Shown piece after piece: positions 51,045-63,494 of a stretch of 64,000 bases of DNA. The stretch's first letter is position 1. Every line of letters starts with the position of its first letter. A program made the position numbers and the translations under genes. This DNA is from Lingula anatina (taxonomy: Eukaryota > Animalia > Brachiopoda): NCBI GenBank assembly GCA_051362555.1, contig CM120648.1:15000587-15064586 (forward strand). Reading direction: 5' to 3'. The notes beneath the pieces are model-generated. The model was not told where the DNA came from, did no database searches, and saw only the letters and a list, made by a program, of their open reading frames with translations.

Positions 51045-53977
51045 TTAAGTAATAATCCAAATAACAAATAACGTTTTCACGACGTTATCAGATGGTTACA
51101 TGCTGGTTATGGTATAGAAGAACATTATGGTAACGTTATGGGTGTTTTAATGATGTACAGTAACGTTATATTTTGTAAAAAGATTCGAAGACCGTTTCTA
51201 CAAAATTTTATGATACATGTAACGTCATTTTGTGGAGTTTTATCAGCGTGTTTATAACATTCTGGAAAAACATTATATAATGTTTTGAAAACATTTTTAT
51301 ATAAATAACCAAAACACGTCTTATGCTGTTTGAACTACAGTTAACGGTTAATTCCAAAATGGGCTTGGGGTTAGTCGGCGACTATAGAGGTGCGAATTGT
51401 AGAATATTCGGACTATCGGTACCGAAATAACCAGCATGTGATGAAAGCTTAAAAAAAGTATTATAATAAATACCCCGCCATCATCCTGATGTTCTATTGT
51501 TCATTACTTCCGGAAAAAATAAATAGATATCATCATAACACATTTTATCAAAATATGGAGAAAGGTGTTTTAAAGTAAAAATGACAGTTGTTTCGCGCCT
51601 TTAGTGAACTAGTGAATTTTCCTAACCTGCTACGAGAGTTGAAAAACTACACGTTTATTATCTACAGAGGCTGGTCAAAAAATACCCGCTCAAGGGCGTG
51701 AATATATACAAAGTAGGCAACAGGAAGCGGAGCTAAAACCGTAAATTCATGTCCACTACATACATTGACATATGAGCTTTAAAATACGTTACATGGACAT
51801 GTTTTTTTTCTATACGTTCCAACAAAAGGTTCGGCGTGTGTAAGGTGAACATACATGTTGATTCAGCGTATAGATCTTGATGAAAATAGAAGTATATAAA
51901 GTGATGCACCTTGAAAGATCTAAATTCTAGTTGTTAAATACAATCTAAGCTTTCGGCCCCTGTTCCTTCGTTGGTGATTATGAACAAAAAGTCTTTTTGT
52001 ACATCTTTCAAGGTGCATCAATATATATATACTTCTAAGGTGAACATAGAACCGCAGGTAGAAAGTGAAGCAGTGCATAACGTCATTGATTATCAAGAAG
52101 GCCCGTGTGTGTTTGATTCCCACACCCACCCGTATTCTACTTTTTAAAATTATATATATATGATTTTTGATAATTTTTTTATGCAGCTGAAGGCAGGGTA
52201 GGGAGAAATGTTTTTATTTCTATTGTTTAAATTGACAAAAATTCTTGACCCAGGGCTATAAATCGTGTATACTAATCTGTTATCATGGTTCAGTGATTGA
52301 TTTGACGGGTATCAGCTAGTATATTCTATATTAAAGTATTGAACTTTGCCACGCCATATTATCTAATTGAGAAACAGATGTGTTAAACTCACGCTTGTGC
52401 GTTTTTTACAGTTGAAAACATTAAATTTAAAAATTAGATAATTTTGACTTTGCATTTTTTCAGATAGACAAGAATCCATTGCTTATATATTAAATCAAGA
52501 CACATTGATGAATGCGCAAGTGATGCAGTTGCCCTCATCTAGTCTTAATTAAAAAAAAAAACACCAAAACGATTTTTAAAGTACGTTCTGCAGTTTGCCT
52601 TTTTAGTTCGAATATATTAATCTTTTTGTTTGAATTTTGAGTGCATTTGGCAGTTGCCTATTTAATCAATATCACATATCAATATAAATCTCTTCAATCA
52701 GGTGTGTTGGGGATAAGTGTATTCAGTACCAAAACGGTTATAGCTAAATTGAAGATTGCATGTGACGACACTCCGAGAAGTTAGATGAAAAATGAGGAAA
52801 ACAGCGACCTCCATCATTTATTGTCTTAACCTGTACAAGCAAAATATAAAGAAGTCGTGGCAGCCTTTGTAATCATGCTTAGGCAGTACGATGTATCTAG
52901 GACCAAACAATGTAGGCTTAATACTGAATGTTTTAGAACGTGAGTTCTTGTTTAAAATCTTCACACTTTGCAAGGTCCGGTCAAAAACTTTTGCTTATCA
53001 TCAACTTTGTTCACCACATATTGACTGTCAAACAATGACAAACAAAAGGTCGCAAATGATTTCTACTATACAGAGATGGAAAGGGGGGAAACTATGAAGT
53101 TTTAAGTAAAGAATGTAAGCAAACAATCATGTTCATTCTTGGCATTGGGGAAATTTGATATGGGCATTCCATGAAACAAAACTTCAATTTCTGTGTAAAA
53201 GAAAGTCCAAATAAAATTTATTGTAATCGATAATAATGTTATTGCTTTCGAATGAAAAATGCATAACGTATGCTCATTCAGCGGGCGTTTGCATTTTCCA
53301 CCCCCAGCTTATATTGAAATGATGATTTCGTTGACAGAAAACTTATTTTGTGAGACCTTATCGGTGTTTAATGGATTTGGCAACACGCCGAAAGAGAAAG
53401 AAAATGAGAGCAACTCGTTTTTCATGATACTAAAAGCTTTTATTACCATGGTCAATCGACAAGAAAAAAGCATGTAACAAGCAATAAAGTAGACTGTCGA
53501 GTCGATAGTTTGTGTTTGACTTATTCTTGGATTTTGTATCGAAATGTGATTTTTCAATCGCTTAATGGTGTGTTAGTCTCAGGTACATTAACACTGTTTA
53601 CTTTTACTTAGTCTGCTAATAAATTTCAACACTAAACAATTTAAGCATGAACAAAAGCCAATCGCAAAGCGACGATTGATTGGTGACATTCAATTATAGA
53701 TTGAGAACATTGCGGTGGGTAGGCAGTGGTAATGTTACACAACAAAGCTTAATATGGTTGCTACTTCTGTCTGTTAAGATAACTTTTCATTATAACACAC
53801 ACACACCAAAGTCCAATAAGCATCTTCGGAGCGTTTGATCTGTTGATATAATCATCTAATATTTCCACAGATTTCATAATCAAGTACGTATTCAAAATCA
53901 TGTGAAAAGTGCACCTAGTAAAATAGATTTTAGTTGCCTCGTGGATGTGGTTGGATTTCAGCTTGTTCTTTTGACAT

Positions 53978-56900
53978 TTATCCAATTGGGACGAAAGATT
54001 GTTTCCATGGTGCTTGACAAATGAAACCGGAAAACTGATCACAAGGTCTGTCGACATAACTGTATGCATTGGCAGGGTTAATTGCAATGCAGTCTGCATC
54101 ACTGGGGATGTCAGCGGGTCGCCCAATGTCCCAACTTGGCGTGTAGAAAACATCTGTGCCATCAACGAACTTGAATGTAAGCTCCTCTTCTACGTCAGTG
54201 ACCCCTACGATTACAGATGTGATTAACAATTAAGGGGGGAATTATGCTGAATTATCTTAAATGTCACAATTTTTCGTTATATCCTGTATTTGTAGCCTAC
54301 CATAATTTTACTCTGTTTGGTTTCATTCGCAAACTCATGAGACGTTATTGATTTACACATCTTTTAAATTCTACATTTTAGAAGGATTAAACTAGTTCAC
54401 TTGCCGACCCAAAGGAAACCGGATGACTTATGAATTATGTGCGTCAGCTGTTTGTACTCGTGGATGGCTCTTATCATTGCCAGATCAGCACTTGCGTTGC
54501 GACATGCGTCTCTTGCATGGGAGAAGTTAAGGGGTGTTGTTTGTATCAGGTAGCACCTGTTGTTTAGATTAGTAGGGGGGGGGCACCCCGATGTAGGGGG
54601 CACCCCGATGGTCTGGCTGAAATGCATGAAACGGATTGTGTACACATATTTTTTTAAGACAGAAGTACTTTATGTCAGGAATATCTCACAAGATGATACA
54701 TCAAATATTTCTGACAATCACGACAATACGAGGACTGTAAGTTAAGCACTTCTTAAATGTTACGTACATATACAGTTATAAGTTCCTTCCACGTTTACAC
54801 AGTCAGCATACCGTCCACATAAATCCTTGTCTAAGCATTCGTTGATATCTGAAATTAATCGATTCCAAGTATCTATGTAAATCTGTTCTTTAGACATATC
54901 ATGAAATAGATATGAATATCCAACATTTAAAAAGGTGCAATGTCTATGTTGTATTGGAGCTGATTCTTTAACAGTTTAGTAAAGGTAGAGGTGGCTCATT
55001 TTAGCAACACTTTATTTGTGCGAGATGTAGAGTTTATGTTGATTCATCCATTACAATGATGTCATGAAGTTTTCGATCTGCTCACCTGTGCAGTTCTCTC
55101 CAGAGAAGCCAATCTTGCAAGTGCAGCTATAACTTCCCGGGGTGTTGGTACAAACGGCGGTAGACACACATGGGTTAGATATCTGGCATTCGTCTACATC
55201 TGTAACGGTTGATTAAACAGGAATTAATGATTAAATGATCGCTAACATGGTAAGTCCATATCAAGTATAGTGCCAGAGTCTTTCTGTTAGTACTGACGTT
55301 AAGGCAACGCATTTTTAACGGGGTATGCTTAACAGCTCCCTCTCAAAACTCAAAAGGACGTTACCTTGGCATGGCCTTTATCTATCAACTAAGGGTGTAT
55401 TCCCAGGCATTAGATCGATCCAGAGATTAAGATTTAGATCGACCTAACTCCCTGGGGGTTCACGCTAAATTGCAGTCAGCCGAGCGCGCACCATAGTTAA
55501 TTACAGATATTTATTACCCCCTTACAGCTTTTAGTAGGCGGGACAGACGCTTAAGCCGACTAAGCAAACAGTAATCTATTGATACTCCCCACAGGGACAC
55601 CCTGAGCTTCAGAGCTAACTTGACACTAACCTTTTCACTGTAGCCTATCTCCATCGTGTCAAGTAACCTCTGACCAGATTCGATTGCCTCCGCCGCCCGC
55701 CAATCAAATTTAAAAGCCCGCACTCAATGACTCATTAAACGATCTAGCCAATGAACGCGAACGAGTCAAAGCGCGCTTTGTTCAAATCCGGACCAATCAA
55801 AGATAAGGCTGAATATCAGGGTCTTGCCGTAACCTGTGGGCAGCCCGCAAATAACATCGTCTCTCAGTAGATAATGATGCAGGGCATCATACTGCTCTGG
55901 TTTCAATTCCGATATACTCCATGCTTTCTTTGTGTACGGTTATGCACTCGGAACCACTCGGAACTACTCGGATGTCTCCGCACTCGACAATAACTATGTT
56001 GTTAGTATGGAGCTTGCGGAATCAGCCGAGGATTGCCGATTGACGATCAACCAATCAGCGTTTTCACCAAACTTTGGTGAAAAATTTTGAAACATGGATT
56101 CGATTGGCTTATATAAAATAGGTCAAACTATTTTCGTCAGAGGTTACTTGACACGATGGAGATAGGCTACAGTGAAAAGGTTAGTGTCAAGTTAGCTCTG
56201 AAGCTCAGGGTGCACAGGGATAGATTAGATCGATCTAAAATCTATGGAAATGGGGTCTAATACACGGCCACCAAAACCCCGGATTTTATTAATACTTAAG
56301 TTTACAAAAAATAACCATGCAGTCCTTATAAACAATACAGCTGAGAAGGTACAATCTGAGAGATGGTTCCGTAATAATTTTCTAACATCCAAAACCGGTA
56401 AATTTGAAAAGTGCAAAAAAAAAAAAAAAAAATGTTATGTTAAGAATGTTGAAAAAATCCATCCACGTAAAACAACCATAGTTCTGATAAAAGTTAAAAG
56501 CTTTACAGGAATATTGGACAACTGGCCCGGTTTCATCAAGGCTGGATAGCGCTATCCAGAGGATAGTGCGTTTCATCAACAGTGGATAGCGTTATCCAGG
56601 GGATAAATCAGCTTATCCAGAGGATAAAGTTGTCCGCTCGAAATAAGTGGGATAAATCTGCTCTCATGCTGTTTTATCATCAAAAATGACGAACCTTCTT
56701 GGTTTGGCAGTTAATCCTATGATATTTCACAGGCGTAGAATGATGAGAGAGAGAATTTTAGAAGATGTGTGTTTGATTTTGATGCTTTTTAAAAACTTAA
56801 AAGTGATACTGAATCAACAGATTACATAACATACTTTATCAAAGTTGACATCGCGCCTGCTACGAACAGAACCCATGCAATCTCCATTAGAGACCAATTA

Positions 56901-59900
56901 TCTTTTATTTTACTAAAACATACCTTTTAAATTGACGAAAAAATTCTACACTGCTTTTGATAGAATCTGCCAAATGTGCCAAGTCAGCCATTTTGATAGA
57001 AAGTATGACACGACCTTACCCTTCAACTGCAAAGGGTAAACATTGAATGAGGCACAACTAATGCAATGTGATGTGTTTTTGACACTGACACTAAAATATC
57101 CTATAGATATTTTCCCATTATTTTAATGAATGTGCTATCTTGAAATATACTTAGAATATTGTTTATCATGGGTAATTTATTTTCCAAATATGGTATAGAT
57201 CACTTTTTTTTTGTTAGCAACTATCATGGGTTTTATAATGTTTATAACAACCACCTGCATTATGGGAATGTCTTTTTCCAAATATAATATTGGATAAAAT
57301 TTTATCCCCTTGATTACTATCATGCTGTTTATCCAGCCTTTATGAAACACAAATTTATGCAGAGGATAACTATCCAGAGAATAAGAGATTTATACCATGG
57401 ATAATGTTATCCATAGGATAGCCTATCCAGCCTTGATGAAACCGGGCCCATATGTATGTGAAGTTTATAATAATAATTGATAATTTATTCCAGTAATTTA
57501 GGTCACCGGCCCATATTACATTTTACAGTTTATATCACGATAACCACAAGTAGGAACACATGTAGTAAGTAACAATTTAAGATGACGTTTTTCACAAAAT
57601 TATACCTGTACATTCCTTGCCTCCGTGGTTACTATATCCAGAGTTGCAATGGCAAAGGTAACTGCCATTTACGTTCTCGCAAACACCGTTCAAACATGGA
57701 TGTGTTTTACACTCGTCAACATCTGTAATTACATGTTGCATTAAAAAGATGGACTGTCAATTGTAAAATAGACTGGCAACGTTGATACTTAAGTAAAGTT
57801 GGATAGAGTTAGTCGGCAATCAACCGATGTCACTTCGCGTTCCCTATCGTTGAACAAATAAACTTAGGGCTCACACGTATACAAAATAACATAAATTCCC
57901 ATACCTACGCATAATCCTTTAGCATCGTTTTCGTAGCCCCGAGGGCATGTACATTTCCATTTTGTTCCTGAGCAGATGCAGGGAAGTCCACCACATCGGG
58001 TACACGGCATGACTGGCTCTGAAATGTTGTAAAAGAATTTAAGTTTCTCGAAAGAAACGGAAAAAAATCCGGTCTGTTAAATGAAAATGTTGAACATGGT
58101 ATAAGACAAACATCAAAGCAGCACCACACAATTTTGATATTTTAAACAAATGTTTTGTTCAGAGACAACGGAGCAGGCATAGTCACGTTGGATTAACGTT
58201 GAAAACAGGTTGAAAAGTTGAATTGCCGTTGATCTACCTAACTTCAAGGAAAATTCAACGTTGATTCAGCCACGTCAAAACACCGTCATAATGTGACGTT
58301 GACTCAAAATATTAATTATTGAAAACGTGATACTTTGTATATCGATACTGTAACTAAATTTATCAAAATAACAACAAAAAGGTTTTAAAGTTAAAGTGAC
58401 AGTCGTTTTGTGTCTTTAGTGAACTAGTGAATTTTCTTAACTTGTTATTCAGGAATACATTCCAATAAACTGAATTCCTTGCAAGGTCAGCTAACACAAG
58501 GATGAATAAGTTGCTGTAAATGTGATGGAGTGAAGTTAATAAAGTTGACAGTTCTTGGTAACCTGTTATAGATAGACATTGGAGATTTTAACTTAAAGGC
58601 CATATATTTATATCCTACATATATTTAGCCATCAAACATGTCCTACTGCTAAACACATCTAGGCTAAAAGGGTGTACCGTGCGTAGGTGCAAAACATGCT
58701 TAGGAGCTAAATCAGGCCTACCCAACTAACATTCGCGACACCTACGGATCCTGAAAAAAACCGGTACATCAGACCACACTACCCGTTTTCAAGGAGTGTG
58801 TCAGATCGCATTACGGAGATTCATACCACATCACAAATTTTGTGGGCCTTCCTGTCATCCGGGTATCGCTTAGGATCATCGCTATCACATCGCTATCACA
58901 TCACAAAATGGGTGAAGTGGCTGATACTCCGTGATGCGATCTGACACACAACTTGAAAACGGGTAGTGTGGTCTGATATACCGGTTTATTCAGGATCCTA
59001 GGTGCCGCGTCTGGTAGGCCTGTAAATGCCTTGAAAAATTCAGACAAAGCAGGTTCTTGGATGTTTTTAAAGTGTACGTTATAATTGTGTACCTGTGTTT
59101 TGTACCAAAAATAAAAAACATTTAAGGTCATTTTAATGTCTTTTAATGCAAGAATGTTGTCTAACAACTGGGGTTGATACAATGTTGTTATCTGACGTTG
59201 AGTCAACTTTCAAATCCAATGTTTATCCAGCGTATTGTCAACGTTATGGTTAAACGTTGTTTCAACGTTAAAACTACATAATTTGCCCGCTGGGAAAGTT
59301 CGTACCTGACATTTTCGTCCAATCAGTGTTATTTACCCTCACATCACATGCACGGCATGCTTCGTTGACGGGGTCTGTCTCTCCGTCTTCATAACAATAA
59401 CCGTTTATCAGGCAGGCGTCAGACTGAAATAAAGGGATCCAATGGTTCAATATTAGAAAATCAGGTGCATATGTACCTATAAATATAGTAATATTTTGCT
59501 GTACTATTGCAAACCTAAATCAATTAAACCCCGCGTTATGTCACCAACAAGTAATAAGGAATCTTAGGTGAAGATATTTAAAGATTTTTAAATTAAAATT
59601 AAAATTTGTTTTCTTCATGATGTTATCATTATCTCCACTATGAAAGAATAAAAGGTCATCTATACTTTAGATATAATTTAGAAATACCTTAATGACGCAA
59701 GTATGATTTTGACAGTTCACGCAATGAGAATCAAAAATAGTCACTCTGGTGGAGTTTACAGAGAAGTTATGTCCATCATTGCTAATTTGAAGATCAAAAC
59801 TTTGAACTGGCGTTCCCATAGCTGCTGTCTCGACCAGCGGTGTATCAATGGGTTGTTTTGGTAAAGGGCAGATCATCTCTGCATATGAAAGTAATTTTGC

Positions 59901-61399
59901 GAATGTTGTGTACGTGTCCGCCACTTCGATACGTTGCCCTGACGTAAGGTCCACCTGTGAATTATCAATTTAAATAAGTGTAACATAATAGATCTGATTA
60001 TTTGTTATCTAGTAAAAAGCTTTCTTGGGTCTCCCAATCAGACTTTTTCCAAGTAAGGAAACGTCTTTAATTTACAAGGTCTGGGGCTGAACTGTACATA
60101 GTTAAGTGTGTCTTTATAGTATCTTTGTCTATGGGACATTGCCTCCGGTGAAGTATTATCTTTTATCGAATTTGAACTAAGATATATCCTTTTATGAAGT
60201 ACCATCCTACGAAGGGCTATCCTTACCTTATGCATTATAAATCTACAGGAGACGTTGGTGCCGTCAGCAATGTTAGATGCGCGCAAAGCCATTGCTTCAC
60301 ATCTACGAGTACGAATGTCACATATGCCATCCCCATCAATGTCCACCACTTCCGGTGCTCGATTTGCGTCGACAGAACAATCTACGGAGGTAAATCCAGG
60401 ATAGCATCTACATTCACCATCTTCACATGTTCCTTTACCGCAGCATTTGTTTGGACAAACGAGTTTACTTATCTTTTCAATGTCCTCCATTGTAAAGTTT
60501 ATTGGAGCAGCAGTGCCAGATGGGTTAGTTGCATTTGCCGTTCCATTGGGCGCTCTAGCAACTGGTGGTGGAAGTTTGGTTCTACTCGCTTCAATAAGGC
60601 AACCTTCTTCCATGTTCTCGACTGCCATACTGCTGGACACAGATCTGTCGTCGGTCAACTGAAAAGAAGTATTTTTTAAAATGTCAACAAATTTGAACTA
60701 GGTGATATCCCCAAAGCGGTTTGAGTTGTATTGACTCGCTGAAAATACAGTCACGTTACACGTTAGTACAAAATGTTATTGGAGTGCTTCATAGTCTGAC
60801 AAGATCCTGATTGGCACATACGGATTTATTTATTTCAAAGAAACCTATTCAACTTTATCAGACGGTAAATAACCGTACTTGGCAAAAGGATAACCGATAA
60901 AATTCAGAACTGAAACAAACTGTAAAACATGAATCTCACCTGAATGTCCCCCACGCACTGTTTAATGCTCTCACTGAAGTCAAAGTCTGGAACGTTTTTA
61001 CATAAGTTGTACACTGGGGACTTCTTGATCTCTCCGATACAAAACTCTGTGGCCGTTGCCTCCGTTTCCCCGCTCTCAGTTGGCCAAGTCGGTTTAACTG
61101 CTGGGGCAGCGTTACGTTCGTTGTAGTCAAAGTAGTAAGAGTAGCGCGAGATGTCCTGTATGATTTCATCTCTGGTATCTATTCCACTTCGAACGCTTCT
61201 TCTGCGTCTATTTTCCGTTCCAAGGGCTGGGATGTTATTTGTTATATCCTCGCCTTTTGTTGTTTCGTGGTACTTGCAAACTATTTTTTTCTCTTCCTGA
61301 CAGGAACAGTACTTTTTTTCGTCCAATGATTTGCTCTGAGTGAATTCCTCCGGGTCAATATTCGGATCAAAATATGTCCGTCTGCCCGTCCCAGGAACC
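53978..61399 (-). CDS. 3' part of a VWDE-like (von Willebrand factor D and EGF domain-containing) extracellular protein with three Ca-binding EGF exons and a C-terminal C-type lectin domain
   Basis: Exons: 61399-60940, 60658-60227 (CPNKCCGKGTCEDGECRCYPGFTSVDC), 59954-59688 (ISNDG), 59423-59306 (CLINGYCY), 57722-57606 (DVDECKTHPC), 55199-55086 (DVDECQISNPC), 54848-54764/54768 (DINECLDKDLC), 54616-54405 and 54204-53978 (CTL: CY...ARDAC...LWVGVTD...FICQ). Splice sites and phases are consistent apart from the ambiguous 54764/54768 donor (see findings). Upstream exons, including the VWD domain itself, were not identified, so the family call rests on recalled similarity of the post-VWD region. Confidence 0.88.
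55393..56257 (-). mobile_element. Copy of the 230-bp Harbinger-like MITE (TAA TSD) split by a nested element
   Basis: taa|gggtgtattcccagg ... ggaaatggggtc|taa, interrupted at cacaggga. Confidence 0.78.
55598..56212. mobile_element. 615-bp non-autonomous DNA transposon with ~75-bp perfect TIRs and an 8-bp TSD (hAT- or P-like)
   Basis: caccctgagcttcagagctaac...aacctctgac and its exact reverse complement. TSD cacaggga at 55590-55597 and 56213-56220. Confidence 0.92.
56524..57448. mobile_element. Harbinger-like non-autonomous element
   Basis: 26-bp TIR ggcccggtttcatcaaggctggatag, with subterminal ggata/tatcc repeats. Confidence 0.82.
58172..59294. mobile_element. Degenerate aacgtt-rich MITE (cccagc-type end) with nested inserts
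   Basis: Arrays of aacgtt/acgttg motifs at 58185-58305 and 59150-59270, and a right end tgcccgctggg. Confidence 0.45.
58713..59022. mobile_element. Palindromic MITE with ~125-bp imperfect arms and an apparent 5-bp TSD
   Basis: caggcctacc...tcagaccacactacccgttttcaag and cttgaaaacgggtagtgtggtctga...ggtaggcctg, with taaat on both sides. Confidence 0.75.
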
Positions 61400-61433
61400 C
61401 TTTAAATGATAAAAGAATTGTGAGAAAGAAAAG

Positions 61434-62635
61434 TATGGGCGGCGGTTTATACAAAAATTCAAAACACGATTAGTCGTCATCGTTATCAGATCAGTCGAAA
61501 AGAAAACACGATTAGTCGTCGTCGTTATCAGATCAGTCGAAAAGAAAACACGATTAGGTCGTCGTCGTTATCAGATCAGTCGAAATGAAAACACGATTAG
61601 TCGTCGTCGTTATCAGATCAGAAGGCAAAATACGACTAGTATAGTCATCTAAACGCAACTAGTCATAAAAACGCGATTTGACGCCAGATGGCGCCCATTG
61701 TACGAAAATCTAGGCCAAGTCACATGATCCACAGTGATCAAAATGGCGGACGTTACTGAAGCAGCATTATCATATTCCTCGCTCGAACTCGAGAATTATC
61801 TCGAGTTCGAGATATTATTATATATATAATATCATTATTAGATTGTACGCGTAGAGATAATTCTCGAGTTCGAGCGAGGTTTAGGGTCACGTAAAAATAG
61901 CAACGGCCTTACTATGGGCGGCGGTTTATACAAAAATTCAAAACACGATTAATCGTCATCTATATCAGATCAGTCGAAATGAAAACACGATTAGTCGTCG
62001 TCGTTATCAGATCAGTCGAAATGAAAACACGATTAGTCGTCGTCGTTATCAGATCAGAAGGCAAAATACGACTAGTATAGTCATCAAAACGCGATTTGAC
62101 GCCAGATAGCGCCCATTGTACGAAAATCTAGGCCAAGTCACATGATCCACAGTGATCAAAATGGCGGACGTTATTGAAGCAGCATTATCATATTCCTCGC
62201 TCGAACTCGAGAATTATCTCGAGTTCGAGATATTATTATATATATAATATCATTATTAGATTGTACGCGTAGAGATAATTCTCGAGTTCGAGCGAGGAAT
62301 ATGATAATGCTGCTTCAATAACGTCCGCCATTTTGATCACTGTGGATCATGTGACTTGGCCTAGATTTTCGTGCAATGGGCGCCATCTGGCGTCAAATCG
62401 CGTTTTGATGACTAGTTGCGTTTTGATGACTATACTAGTCGTATTTTGCCTTCTGATCTGATAACGACGACGACTAATCGTGTTTTCATTTCGACTGATC
62501 TGATAATGACGACGACGACTAATCGTGTTTTCATTTCGACTGATCTGATAACGATGACGACTAATCGTGTTTTGAATTTTTGTATAAACCGCCGCCCATA
62601 GAAAGGCCGTTGCTATTTTTACGTGACCCTAAACC
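61434..62635. mobile_element. Fold-back (palindromic) element of 758 bp plus an upstream tandem partial copy, upstream of the first identified VWDE-like exon
   Basis: 61878-62220 is nearly the reverse complement of 62272-62635. 61434-61879 repeats the left arm and spacer with a ~479-bp period. The arms carry 42-bp subrepeats (aaaacacgattagtcgtcgtcgttatcagatcagtcg). Confidence 0.88.
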
Positions 62636-62816
62636 GACTTCACTAAAGTATTTTATGTGACGACCCGACTTCTTGTAGCGTATGTTCATTCACATTGTTT
62701 AGGTACTAGTATTTGTTTTTCAAATACTGTATTTAGGTAAGATTGTTGTGAACGTTTAGATATACACAATATGGTTGAAATCACAAAACAAAATACCTCC
62801 AAACATCTAACTTTAA

Positions 62817-63186
62817 AGGTACATACGAACCGAGCATCGGTGGATAGTGGATTCCCAGTAACACATGTAAACCACTTCTACTAGATTCTTATTTGACTCA
62901 AATAAATTCGACATGCCAAGGGATAAACTGAATAGATCACAGCCATAAAAGACCTTTAGACTGCTCCTTTCCTTAAATTTATGGTTGTAAATTTAACCTA
63001 CTTCCGTAACCTACTTTCCTGCCCCATTGACATACAGCTTAGAATGCCAGCAGAAAAATCTGTTCAAACATCATTTTCGGGTAAAATTTAACAGTGCCTT
63101 TTGGTAATTCTCTTAGTTATACTATTTGAAACTATATGCTGGCATTTGGTTGGTTTTTGTGACAAAAATTGACTTTGTATGCAACT
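62817..63186 (-). mobile_element. Kolobok-like MITE, second copy
   Basis: ttaa|aggtacatac ... gtatgcaact|ttaa; reverse-complement homologue of 50706-51044. Confidence 0.75.
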
Positions 63187-63494
63187 TTAACTAAAGAGCA
63201 AAGTTATAAGTAGACAGACGAAAGTATACACTGGTGCGTGTGATCATGGGACACATGAGGGGCAAAACACAACCATGATTATTGTCATATACTAACGTAA
63301 GAAACAACTGTTAATGGAGTTCAATTTAAAATCTACCTTTACCTTTGTATTTGTCCTTTTAGCTTTAAAAAATAATAAACCAAATATTTAATCTGAGACA
63401 AGACGGACTATCTAAAGCTCTTTTGTAAGCAATTTGGTTATAGACTCGCACTTCGGCAACTATTAAACCTCGGTCACAACCGGCCCTACGGGCT

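Larger units (their letters stand above)
50002..52414. mobile_element. Possible CACTG-terminus (CMC/EnSpm-like) non-autonomous element with nested MITEs
   Basis: Starts cactgtaaaaac. A candidate right end is gttttttacagttg at ~52401-52414. Subterminal aagcac and aacgcgtggagctgct repeats occur at 50015-50640. Confidence 0.4.

Noticed and set aside
60194-61126. Plus-strand ORFs of 161, 71 and 60 aa
   Set aside because: They are antisense shadows of the VWDE-like exons.
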